A DNA stretch of 64,000 nucleotides from Candidatus Onstottus frigus. Lineage in GTDB: Bacteria; Acidobacteriota; Blastocatellia; UBA7656. Both the position numbers and the translations under genes were made by a program. Under the pieces are notes generated by a model. It saw nothing but the letters and a program-made list of their open reading frames with translations. It was not told the origin of the DNA and searched no databases. The DNA lies in contig JBBPIG010000014.1 in assembly GCA_038040445.1 (NCBI GenBank), positions 79,210 through 143,209 on the forward strand. The letters run 5' to 3'. This document shows, piece after piece, positions 9,082 to 18,285 of this stretch; the stretch's first letter is position 1, and each line of letters opens with the position of its first letter.

Positions 9082-9288
9082 TTAGAGCGACTGATCGGCG
9101 TTTACCAATACCGCACTGGTCAGATCATTCAGATCTTCGTCGCTCCAAGCCTCACTGTCGTCGGTCGACTTATCGTAGCCATAACGTTCCTTCAAAAAGA
9201 AGATGAAATCCTGCGCTTCAGATACTCTCTCCGGGGGGAGAGCACTAAGAGCGCTTATTATCTCTTCAACTTGCCTCTTACTCAGCAT
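9082..9288 (-). CDS. DUF2281-like small protein (putative antitoxin)
   Basis: 68 aa. MLSKRQVEEIISALSALPPERVSEAQDFIFFLKERY matches the LP..V..DF..FLK pattern of DUF2281 proteins, with an acidic C-terminus. Its start overlaps the stop of the upstream oxidoreductase gene by 11 nt. Confidence 0.5.
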   Translation of the reverse strand: MLSKRQVEEIISALSALPPERVSEAQDFIFFLKERYGYDKSTDDSEAWSDEDLNDLTSAVLVNADQSL

Positions 9289-11899
9289 CGGTTCTTTCCT
9301 TTCTGGCGGCGCCGCGAATGAATCGCGCCGCCGGAGAATCCTTCATCGGAAGCGTGTACCTGCGAATGCCATCGTACTTGTACAGTGCTCCGGCGACCGC
9401 AGGAGCTGTGGGTACGAGTCCGATCTCGCCAACGCCCTTCGCGCCGAACGGTCCCTGCGGATGTGTATCTTCAATCATGATTAACTGCACTTCGGGCATG
9501 TGTCTCGCGCGCAGCAAGCCTTGCGAGTTAACGGTCAACGTCTGCGGTATTCCGTTCTCAACTCTGAACTCCTCGGTCAGCGCGTAGCCCAGACCCATGT
9601 GTATGGAACCTTCTATCTGGCCTTCGAGCAGCGCGGGGTTCATCACTTTGCCGACGTCATGCGCCGCGACGACTTTCTTGACGCGGCCGTCGTCGTCCAG
9701 AATCACAACCTGTGTCGCAAAGCCGTATGCGAAATGCGTCCTGGGCTTTTCAACTTTCGTTTCGAGTGAGACCGTGTCGTCTATCAGAACCTCGCCGTAG
9801 TAAGTCTTGCCCGCCAGGTCCCTCAACGTCTTCTGCTGATCGAGGTCAGCCTTGAGCTTGCGCGCGGCTTCCTGCACCCCTCGGCAACCAAGGAAGGTCC
9901 CGCGCGACCCGGTCGTTTGCCCGCAATCCAACTCGTACTTCGTGTCGGCCGACACAAAATTGAAAACGCCCGGTGAAAGCCCGGTCTCTTCGCAAGCGGT
10001 CTGCTGCAGTACGGTGAACAGCCCCTGCCCCATCTCGGTGAATCCCGTGTATATGCCGACCGTTTCGTCGTCGCGCACTTCGAGCATCGCCCTGCCGTAT
10101 TCCGGCATGCCGTTGCCGATGCCCACGTTCTTGATGCCGCAAGCGATCCCCGCGTACTTCGCGCTCTTGTAAATGTCCTTCACTGCCTCGAGAGTCTTCT
10201 TCAAGCCGACGCTCGATTCCATCACCTGGCCGGTACAGAATGTTCCGCCCACATCCAGGGCGTTGAGGTAACGAATTTCCCATCCGTCGATGCCGACCTT
10301 CTCGGCAAGGATGTCGATCATCGAGTCGATCGCGAATGCGGCTTGATTGGCGCCGAACCCGCGCATCGCCCCGCACGGCGGATTGTTTGTGTAGGCCGCA
10401 AGCGAGACGACATGTACGTTGTCGACCTTGTAGGGCCCGGTGCAGTGACCCGCGGCTCGCTCGAGGACTTTTGACCCGACCGATGCATAGGCGCCTTTGT
10501 CGCCGATCATGTCGGCTTTCACCGCGGTAAGCCGTCCCTCGGCGTCGCAGCCAACCGTGTAGGTCATTTTAATAGGATGGCGCTTGGGGTGAAGGCGCAG
10601 GCTTTCCTCGCGGCTCAGCGTGAGCTTCACGGGACTGCCGGTGATCCGGGCGAGCAGCGCGGTCTGAGCTTGAACGCTCATGTCTTCCTTGCCGCCGAAT
10701 GCGCCGCCGTTTGAAACCAGCGCGACAAAGATCTTGCTTTCAGGCATCCCGAGGAACGAGGCGATCTGTCGCCGGTCGTCAAAGACTCCCTGGCCCTGTG
10801 TGTACACTCTCAGACCGTCGCCTTCCGGCATAGCGATGCACGACTCGGGTTCGAGGTACATATGCTCGATGAATTGCGTTTGAAATGTGTGCGTCGCGAC
10901 GTGAGCAGAACTCTTCAGCGCCTCGTCCACGTTGCCGCGATTGATTTCAGACCTGCTGAGCAGGTTACCCTTCTTGTGAAGCTTCGGCGCGCCGGGTTTC
11001 AGCGCGGCTTCCGGGTCCGTAATCGGCTCGCGCACTTCATAATCGACCTCAATTGCCTGAGCCGCCATTCGAGCCGTTCGTCTATCGATTGCAGCAACGG
11101 CGGCGATTACGTCGCCGACGTAGCGGGTTTCTTCGCCTTCGGCGACGAACATTGGCCAGTCGTTATAGATCAGCCCCTGATGTCTCTGCCCCGGCGTGTC
11201 GGCGGCGGTGACTATCGCAGCGACCCCGGAGATCTCTTTCGCCTTGCTGGTGTCGATGCGTTTTACAAGCGCGCGCGGATGCTCGGACAACAGGACGGCG
11301 CCGTGAAGCATTCCCGGGAAGCTCATGTCGTCGATATACGGCCGGTCGCCCAACGCAAGCTCGCGAGCTTCGTAGCGCGGCGTGCTGGTTCCGATTCGCC
11401 CGTGATGGCCATTCGACTGCGCGACGGCTTCGCCTCTCAGCCCTTTCGCCGCCAGCTTGATTGAGTCGACGATCTTCACGTAGCCGGTACACCGGCAGTG
11501 ATGCATGCTCAAGATGCGATTGATTTGATCGTCACTCGGATCTGGGGTCTTATCGATCAGGTTCTTGGCTCGGACTACGATGCCGGGCGTGCAGAATCCG
11601 CACTGCAATCCGCCGGCAGCGATGAAACTGTCAGCGAAGGTGTCACGCTCGAGCTCGCTGAACCCTTCGAGGGTCAGCACGGTCTTGCCGGCGACGCTTT
11701 TGGCGGGCACCGCGCACGCGACGAGCGCTTTGCCGTCGACGATCACCGTGCAGCATCCGCACTGACCTTGGGGACTGCAGCCATCCTTCGGCGAGATTAC
11801 TCCGCAGCGCTCACGCAATACTTCCAGTAGCGACGTTCCGTCTTCAACCTCGACCGCGCGCGCGCTTGCGTTCAAGGTGAACTCGATTCGGTTAGCCAT
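9278..11899 (-). CDS. molybdopterin-dependent aldehyde oxidoreductase / xanthine dehydrogenase family, Mop-type fusion ([2Fe-2S] domains plus Moco domain, no FAD domain)
   Basis: 873 aa. N-terminal 2Fe-2S motifs CSPQGQCGCCTV and GLQCGFCTPG...HHCRCTGY are followed by aldehyde oxidase/XDH Moco-binding domains. The architecture matches Desulfovibrio gigas Mop. Confidence 0.85.
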   Translation of the reverse strand: MANRIEFTLNASARAVEVEDGTSLLEVLRERCGVISPKDGCSPQGQCGCCTVIVDGKALVACAVPAKSVAGKTVLTLEGFSELERDTFADSFIAAGGLQCGFCTPGIVVRAKNLIDKTPDPSDDQINRILSMHHCRCTGYVKIVDSIKLAAKGLRGEAVAQSNGHHGRIGTSTPRYEARELALGDRPYIDDMSFPGMLHGAVLLSEHPRALVKRIDTSKAKEISGVAAIVTAADTPGQRHQGLIYNDWPMFVAEGEETRYVGDVIAAVAAIDRRTARMAAQAIEVDYEVREPITDPEAALKPGAPKLHKKGNLLSRSEINRGNVDEALKSSAHVATHTFQTQFIEHMYLEPESCIAMPEGDGLRVYTQGQGVFDDRRQIASFLGMPESKIFVALVSNGGAFGGKEDMSVQAQTALLARITGSPVKLTLSREESLRLHPKRHPIKMTYTVGCDAEGRLTAVKADMIGDKGAYASVGSKVLERAAGHCTGPYKVDNVHVVSLAAYTNNPPCGAMRGFGANQAAFAIDSMIDILAEKVGIDGWEIRYLNALDVGGTFCTGQVMESSVGLKKTLEAVKDIYKSAKYAGIACGIKNVGIGNGMPEYGRAMLEVRDDETVGIYTGFTEMGQGLFTVLQQTACEETGLSPGVFNFVSADTKYELDCGQTTGSRGTFLGCRGVQEAARKLKADLDQQKTLRDLAGKTYYGEVLIDDTVSLETKVEKPRTHFAYGFATQVVILDDDGRVKKVVAAHDVGKVMNPALLEGQIEGSIHMGLGYALTEEFRVENGIPQTLTVNSQGLLRARHMPEVQLIMIEDTHPQGPFGAKGVGEIGLVPTAPAVAGALYKYDGIRRYTLPMKDSPAARFIRGAARKERTDAE

Positions 11900-12151
11900 G
11901 GCCTATTACCTCGAAATGCGAGAGCCTGCGATCCCTGAGGCGGCAACGGTCTCGTTCATGCTCTGAGTTCGCATCTGTAGCGGCGATATTTTAGCACGTC
12001 CGAGGTTGTAGATAATTAGTAATCTCATCGCGTGCCGATTCAACGACGGGCGCACGCCCTGTCAAAAAGGTTCGCCTCACGGGAACTTTATTAAGCGTGT
12101 TGTCCGGATGTATAGGTTCAGCGCGGCAGGTTCGCGGATGCGGCAGGTATT

Positions 12152-12364
12152 TTATTCGTTGCTGCTGTTGGAATACTCCCACTGCTCTGGCAAAGCTTGC
12201 GGACCGGGACGAATGCCGGCGATATCCGGGTCTTCGCCTTCGATTCGCGGGGCGCGCGGCCGCTCTTTTGATTCGATGCGTCGCTGCTCCTTTTCTTTCT
12301 GTTTCTGCTGACGAGCCTTTTCCTTTTCGCGTTTCTGAAAAGTCGGCCTTGATTTCTTCGCCAT
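12152..12364 (-). CDS. small highly charged protein (70 aa), hypothetical
   Basis: ATG preceded by aaggag at correct spacing. Lys/Glu/Arg-rich N-terminal half (KREKEKARQQKQKEKEQRR). Lies directly downstream of an RRM gene on the same strand. Confidence 0.5.
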   Translation of the reverse strand: MAKKSRPTFQKREKEKARQQKQKEKEQRRIESKERPRAPRIEGEDPDIAGIRPGPQALPEQWEYSNSSNE

Positions 12365-12432
12365 TGATTTCTCCTTGGTTGTCGCCCAGCTTCGGTTTCG
12401 GGTTCGTTCAGCAGTAAACCGGAAAGTTAACC

Positions 12433-12975
12433 CTACTCGTCTTCCAACTCATCAACGCGGCTAGCGAAATTGTCGCCGCTCAGATCGTCCTCGGCGCTCT
12501 CTTCGCTGTCGTCGCCAAAGAACCGGCCTCCCGGCCGTTCACGTATCGGCTGTTTCGGCGCGTTGCGGTCTGACGACTTGCCGCCGCGTCCTCCGGGCTT
12601 GCGGCTTCGACGCGGCGCCGCGTCGGGCCCAAAGCTTCGGCCGCCTCTTTCGGTCGTGCCCGGCGGCTCGGGCGACATACGGCCCAAGGACGGGGACCTG
12701 GGGGGCCCAGCTGATTGCGGTCGATCTTCGCGCTCGCGAGCTTCATTGACTGCAAGCGGTCGACCCATGAAAAGCTGGTTGTTGAATCTCCGAATCGCCT
12801 CTTCGGCTTGAGAGCGTTCGTTGAATTCGACAAACGCAAAGCCGCGCGGCTTGCCTGACTCGCGATCAATTGGAAAGTAGATGTATGAAAGAGGAGCGAT
12901 TGCCGAGAACAGCTCACGCAGCGCCGCCTCAGTCGCGCTGTAGGGGAGGTTTCCAACAAAAAGACGGACAGCCAT
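12433..12975 (-). CDS. RRM-type RNA-binding protein with long disordered R/G/P-rich tail
   Basis: RNP-2 LFVGNL and RNP-1 RGFAFVEF. 180 aa. Confidence 0.85.
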   Translation of the reverse strand: MAVRLFVGNLPYSATEAALRELFSAIAPLSYIYFPIDRESGKPRGFAFVEFNERSQAEEAIRRFNNQLFMGRPLAVNEAREREDRPQSAGPPRSPSLGRMSPEPPGTTERGGRSFGPDAAPRRSRKPGGRGGKSSDRNAPKQPIRERPGGRFFGDDSEESAEDDLSGDNFASRVDELEDE

Positions 12976-13145
12976 CCAATCCCTCAGTTCTCAGTTGCTA
13001 ACCTGGAACAAATTGCGAGTTCGCCCGGAGGGCTCTATTCGTTAACTAAAAAAACGACCCATCGACCACCGCTCAAAACGCTGGCCTGGTGTCGCTTTTG
13101 GGGAGCCACGGCGAGCAGAGTCGCCGTGGCAGGTCCCTCGCCGAT

Positions 13146-13517
13146 TCAGTATCGGTTTCCGCCGTATCCCCCGCGGCCGCCGCCGCCGCCGCCGCCGCCA
13201 CCACCACGACCGCCGCGGCCACCGCCGCCACCTCCGCCGTAGCCGCCGCGACCGCCGCCGCCAGAACGCTCCTCACGGGGACGCGCTTCATTGACCGTAA
13301 GCGCACGGCCGTTCATTTCGGTTCCGTTGAACTGCGCGATTGCCTTCTCAGCATCCTCGTTGCTCATTTCCACAAAGCCGAAGCCCTTCGAACGTCCAGT
13401 GTCACGATCCGTGATGATATTAGCCGACTCGACCGGTCCAACCTGTTCGAACAGGTTAGTCAGATCCGCCTCTGTCGTCTGGTACGACAGGTTTCCTACG
13501 TACATTCTTTTACCCAT
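13146..13517 (-). CDS. glycine-rich RRM-type RNA-binding protein
   Basis: Start set at ATG 13517 (aggagag SD upstream) rather than ORF-track 13625. RNP-2 MYVGNL, RNP-1 KGFGFVEM, C-terminal GGGGRGGYGG repeats. Confidence 0.85.
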   Translation of the reverse strand: MGKRMYVGNLSYQTTEADLTNLFEQVGPVESANIITDRDTGRSKGFGFVEMSNEDAEKAIAQFNGTEMNGRALTVNEARPREERSGGGGRGGYGGGGGGGRGGRGGGGGGGGGGRGGYGGNRY

Positions 13518-13615
13518 ATCTCTCCTGAAATTGGCTAAGAGGAACTTCCAAGACCTTGCGGGAAGAGGGTGAAAAGCAGAATCAAACGCTCTCCGAGCTA
13601 AGACAAGACGCTCCC

Positions 13616-13652
13616 GAAAAAACAAAACCGAATGGCAGCGCTCGGGCTGCCA
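13616..13652 (-). terminator. rho-independent terminator after the TPR gene
   Basis: On the minus strand: tggcagc-ccgagc-gctgcca stem-loop followed by ttcggttttgtttttt. Confidence 0.55.
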
Positions 13653-13708
13653 CAGAACGTGTTGAGTCTATCAGGTGAGGCTATCCAAGTCCAGAATGTC
13701 ATTTGGCT

Positions 13709-15367
13709 TCACAGATCTTCTACACGAAGCTTGATGTCGGCGTTCTTCCAGGCAGCTTCAAACTCTCGCTGAACAAACTTCGCGGCCGCCGTTTTGCCCT
13801 GCGATTTCAGGCTTTCCAGCAATCCGAATAGCGCGCGCCCGTTGCGAGGGTGCTTCTTGAGCTCCGCCCTGAACACTCGTTCAGCCTCGGGATATTCGCC
13901 GTTCAGAATCAGAATGCCACCGAGCGACTCTCTGACCGGAATGTACCAGTCCTCTGGCTCATCGTAGTTCAAGGAGTCTTCAAGCTCGACCGCTTTTTTC
14001 AGGAACTCGATGGCGGCCCGCTTGTCTTTCCTGGCCATCGCGATCCTTGCACTCAGAACGTTGTCGGCTATGCTAAAGACGCTGCCGGGGGTGTTGAAAC
14101 CGTACGGCCTGTCGGCAGGAACTGCCTTAGTGGCAGTGACCAAAAGACTCCGCTCCTTCCCCGCGCTATCAAGCTTGCCCGTCGATGCATAAGCCATCGC
14201 GCGACCGAAATGCCATAGAGCGGTTGTGATGACTAGCTTCTGATCAGGCGCGGGCGCTTTCAGAATGTCATCCCACTTGCCGAAGCGGACCATTAAGAGC
14301 GTTGGGGTCGGCATAAACGCATCGAGTATCGGCAAGACAGCTTCGAGCATCGGACCATCCCCTTGAAGGAACTGGCTGAGGTGCGCATACAGTTGATCGC
14401 CCGCTCTCTTCGCATCTTGATACCGTCCCTGCATGCTATGGGCTACAGCCAGAAAATGCAGATTGTGGCTGTAGTACATCATCGGATACATACCTTGCTG
14501 GCCCGTAGTCTTGAAATACTCGCGGTCCGCTTCGGCCGCGTAGGCATTGCTACGCGCAGCAGCCTCGTAGTTACCGGATCGGATGTCAATGTGAGCGGGC
14601 ATGTGCACCAGGTGGCCGGCAGCCGGCGCCAATACCTTGAGCCTTTGAGCGCTGGGCAGCGCCCACTCGGGGTGAGGAGACGCCTCGACCGCGTGAATGT
14701 AGTAGTGGTTCGCGCCCGTGTGTTGAGGGTCGCGCCGCAGAACCGACTCGAGAACTGAAACGATTTCTTCGGTGCCTTCGGCTGGTTTCCCGTCGCTTGT
14801 CCAGAATTGCCACGGCCGCAGGACCATTATGCTTTCCGCGTAAAGCGTCGCCGCGTCCAGATCATCGGGGAAGCGCCGGGCTACATCAGCCATCGCGTTC
14901 TTGTAATTCACGCCGAGCTTCTTCAAGTCGGCTTTCGGATCGTTCGAATATCTCGTCGCCAGAGCGTCTATATAAGCGCGCTCGGGCTCGGAAGCTTTCG
15001 AAGCCATCGACAGGGCTTTCTGCACGGCCTCAAAGGCGGCTTTCTCGCGTTGAGCATCGATGTCCATGTTGATGTTCGGACCAAGGGCCAACGCGATTCC
15101 CCAATGAGCCATCGCCAGTTGAGGATCGAGCTCGGCCGCGCGCTTGAATGAACGGATTGCTTCATCGTGATTGAATCCGTAGACGAGCGCGAGGCCTTGA
15201 TCGAAGAATCGCTGAGCGTCGGGATTGCTGGTTGAAACCGGATGATGAACGTCGCCCAGGCCCGGGATCAGCGTGGCCGGCTTCGCTTCACTGGCAGGAG
15301 TGTGCACGTGCTGCGCCGCCGTACTGGTCGCCAACAACAAGAGAGTGAGCGCAAATGAGAGTTTCAT
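13709..15367 (-). CDS. secreted TPR-repeat protein
   Basis: Start set at ATG 15367, giving signal peptide MKLSFALTLLLLATSTAAQ. Helical repeat content throughout (552 aa). Confidence 0.7.
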   Translation of the reverse strand: MKLSFALTLLLLATSTAAQHVHTPASEAKPATLIPGLGDVHHPVSTSNPDAQRFFDQGLALVYGFNHDEAIRSFKRAAELDPQLAMAHWGIALALGPNINMDIDAQREKAAFEAVQKALSMASKASEPERAYIDALATRYSNDPKADLKKLGVNYKNAMADVARRFPDDLDAATLYAESIMVLRPWQFWTSDGKPAEGTEEIVSVLESVLRRDPQHTGANHYYIHAVEASPHPEWALPSAQRLKVLAPAAGHLVHMPAHIDIRSGNYEAAARSNAYAAEADREYFKTTGQQGMYPMMYYSHNLHFLAVAHSMQGRYQDAKRAGDQLYAHLSQFLQGDGPMLEAVLPILDAFMPTPTLLMVRFGKWDDILKAPAPDQKLVITTALWHFGRAMAYASTGKLDSAGKERSLLVTATKAVPADRPYGFNTPGSVFSIADNVLSARIAMARKDKRAAIEFLKKAVELEDSLNYDEPEDWYIPVRESLGGILILNGEYPEAERVFRAELKKHPRNGRALFGLLESLKSQGKTAAAKFVQREFEAAWKNADIKLRVEDL

Positions 15368-15464
15368 ATTGACCTCGTGGTTTTCGTATAAGGATCGTCG
15401 GCACAGTTCTTCGTCCGTGGTTTGATTCGGCAGAAGTTGACTGTGAGCGATGAAAGCTAAGATG

Positions 15465-17996
15465 CTAGAAGATAACGTCGAAATCAAGCCGGAAGCGACG
15501 CTTGTGATTCCCGAAGAACACGCCGTAAGCCGGGTCTTCAATGTTGGAATGCACCTGAAGCGGATTGAAATGATTGGTCACGTTGAACCCGCTCACCGAG
15601 AAGCGCACCGTGTACTTGTCGCTCAGCTTGAAATCCTTGGAGATTCGCGAGTCCAGCGAGAAGAAGTTCCTGAAGCGATTCTGGTTGGGTATCCCGGCGT
15701 AGTTCTGGGTTACATCGGTTGACGCGTAAGGAAAGCCGTTCCGCCATTCGATCATCGGAGCGATTCGCATCTTCCACGGCAGGCGCACCAGACCCCAGGC
15801 CAGAAAACGGTTCGGCAAATCGCCCGAAAGGTTCGTGAACGTGTTTGGCCTCACAACCGGAAACGGAAAGTTCCCGAGGTAGTTGTTGAACTCGTTCAGG
15901 TCCCCGCGCGAACGGCTGTGCACGTAGGAAAAGAACAATTGCTGATTGTCCCTCAGCGAAAGCCGCGCGGTCAGCTCCAATTGGTTGTAGCCCGACCTGC
16001 CGCTGCCCCCCAGCACCAGCGCATCCTGTCCCTGCAAGACCCTTGGCGTGAAGATCACCAGACCGAAGGAGTTGCTCTGAAGGTAGTTCGCCCGGACGCG
16101 AAGCATCTTTGTGACTGGATGCTCGATCTCGACGTTCCACGTTTCGCTGTAGGGCGAGAAATTGCCTATGACATTCCTGCTAAAGAGGAGCGGGAACGTC
16201 GATATCGCGCGATCGGTTATGTTGATAAAATGGCGCGGGCCGTCGATGATTTCACCCTTTGGACCAAAGGTAGTAACGACTTGCTCCGGATAGCCGTTGA
16301 AAGCGAAGACGCTTAGGGGCACCCGATCGTAGAACAGACCGAAGCCGCCGCGGAGTGTCGTCTGTTGATTGGCAAAAGGGGTCCACGCCAGGCCAACACG
16401 GGGGGCTACCCGAATCGTATCGGTGATACCTTGCCGCTCGAAGCGCGTGCCTACATCCATTGCGAGCTTCGGCGTGATGACCCAATGGTCCTGCCCGAAG
16501 AACGCCGTCTCGAGATCGGTACGATCGAAGGTTTCCCCTCCGACCCAATCTATTCGCTTCACTAATCGCCCTTCATTGTCCTCGATCAACACCGGCCGCG
16601 CCGCGAACTCGCCGCGATTGCCGGTGTGCGCGATGGACGAGCCGAACTTCAAATTGTGAGCGCCGTAGAAAGCGATCGGGGGAAGCGAATATGTTTCGAG
16701 CCACTCGGCGCGCGAAGCACGGCGGCTCTGGCTGCTGAAATAATTCCCTGAATTGCCGGTCGGGGTAAGGACCATGTCCTGCTCGCCCTGCCCCCAGACA
16801 TTCCCACTGAAGCGCTTGATCGCCAGAGTGCTTTCAAGCAAGCTGCTGCCTATCGTCCAGCGGTTAATCACGGTTCCGGTGTAGTCATGAGCGCTAAAAG
16901 TGGGCGTGACCGGCTGCGGGTCGAAGAAGTTGAGGTTGACGAATTCCATCTGTCGCGGCGCAATGTGGAACGTCCCCGTCAGCTGGTTCACCGGTGACAA
17001 AACATAGTCAAACTGCGTAAACGAATTCACTGACTGTTGCTTGCTCTCGTTGAACGGAAACGGCAGCGTTCGATCCGGCCGCTTCTGAAGGTCGTACTCG
17101 AGGCCTTCAGAGAAGTAAAACTTGTTCGCGATCAACGGTCCATTGAACGTCACGCGCGGCGAAGCTTCACGTATTCCGCGTAGATGGCCGCTGCGAATAC
17201 GAAACTCAGGCAGCGGGTCGTTGAGCTCGAAATTCCACTTGTCGCCGCCGCGCCGCGTTTCGACAGAAACCACTCCTGCGGTGAAACGTCCGAACTGAGC
17301 TAGGTAAGGCGTCTTGAAAACTTCAATCGTCTCGACGCTATCGACGGGAACGGTCACGCCGAATTGGCCGGTAGCCGGATCGGTGACGTCGGCCGCGTTG
17401 ACGACAAGCGCGCTCCGGTGCTCTCCGGTGCCGGCGATCTTTATCTCTCCCTCAGTTGAGCGCACAACGCCGGGTACCAACGGCAGCGTATCCTTGACGG
17501 TCGCAGGCCTGGCTGGAATGTCTTTGATCTCCCCGCGCCTGAGCGCGGCCGCAGGGGAAGCGCCTTTCTCGATTGACGTGTCCGCGCCTGCTTGCACGTT
17601 TACGACGACGTCCTTGAGCTGGACCTTCGGAATCATCGTGAACCTGATCTCGACGGGAGCCCCGGCTGTCAGTACCACGTCCCCTTGAGTCAACGGCTCG
17701 AAGGATTCTTTGGAGACGACAATCTCGTAGGTCCCGGGCGCGAGTTTGGCGAGCTCCGCTTCTCCCTTTTCGTTCGTAGCCGCCGCCGCTACGACCGAGC
17801 CTTTGAGTTTTGCCTCGACGAGCACACCAGAGACGGGCTTGTCAGACTCGTCAAACGCACTCACTCGAATAACGGCAGAGCGTCCTATCTGAGCAGGAAC
17901 ACTGGCCGAAATACTCATTGTTAAGAGCAATGTTAAAGCGATAGCCGATAGCGGCAGGAGGTTTCTGATTCGGCGGGGTCCACAAGTCCACTGCAT
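15465..17996 (-). CDS. TonB-dependent receptor-like outer-membrane protein with CarboxypepD_reg N-terminal domain
   Basis: Start at ATG 17996 (signal peptide). Carboxypeptidase-regulatory-like domain (VSGVLVEAKL...GTYEIVVSKESFEP), then plug and beta-barrel with a terminal aromatic residue (DFDVIF). Confidence 0.8.
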   Translation of the reverse strand: MQWTCGPRRIRNLLPLSAIALTLLLTMSISASVPAQIGRSAVIRVSAFDESDKPVSGVLVEAKLKGSVVAAAATNEKGEAELAKLAPGTYEIVVSKESFEPLTQGDVVLTAGAPVEIRFTMIPKVQLKDVVVNVQAGADTSIEKGASPAAALRRGEIKDIPARPATVKDTLPLVPGVVRSTEGEIKIAGTGEHRSALVVNAADVTDPATGQFGVTVPVDSVETIEVFKTPYLAQFGRFTAGVVSVETRRGGDKWNFELNDPLPEFRIRSGHLRGIREASPRVTFNGPLIANKFYFSEGLEYDLQKRPDRTLPFPFNESKQQSVNSFTQFDYVLSPVNQLTGTFHIAPRQMEFVNLNFFDPQPVTPTFSAHDYTGTVINRWTIGSSLLESTLAIKRFSGNVWGQGEQDMVLTPTGNSGNYFSSQSRRASRAEWLETYSLPPIAFYGAHNLKFGSSIAHTGNRGEFAARPVLIEDNEGRLVKRIDWVGGETFDRTDLETAFFGQDHWVITPKLAMDVGTRFERQGITDTIRVAPRVGLAWTPFANQQTTLRGGFGLFYDRVPLSVFAFNGYPEQVVTTFGPKGEIIDGPRHFINITDRAISTFPLLFSRNVIGNFSPYSETWNVEIEHPVTKMLRVRANYLQSNSFGLVIFTPRVLQGQDALVLGGSGRSGYNQLELTARLSLRDNQQLFFSYVHSRSRGDLNEFNNYLGNFPFPVVRPNTFTNLSGDLPNRFLAWGLVRLPWKMRIAPMIEWRNGFPYASTDVTQNYAGIPNQNRFRNFFSLDSRISKDFKLSDKYTVRFSVSGFNVTNHFNPLQVHSNIEDPAYGVFFGNHKRRFRLDFDVIF

Positions 17997-18285
17997 AATC
18001 CTGGTTCTTTCCTTATTTGGTTGCTGCTCCAAAACCCTCGTTAATGATATCTCAGCCAACCTGAATTTACTACCGTTGACAACGCTTCAAACTTGCTCGC
18101 CGTGTTCCGAGAGGCTGAAGCGTGACCTACCTATTACGTCCTCTCCTCAACTTGGATTTGCTTCAAGACCGTTTGAATGTCGTGTTTTTTCCCGCAAAGT
18201 ATTACGAACAAGGCAAGAGCCTCGTCGCTCGCCGAGAAAAACAATTGGAGTTAGCCGAAAGCACTTTGTTATAACAAGTCCTTCG

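Noticed and set aside
13073-13538. Ala-rich ORFs (77 and 149 aa) over the glycine-rich RRM gene
   Set aside because: They are alternative-frame or antisense readings of the GGN-repeat tail of the RRM gene. The RRM frame has clear RNP motifs.
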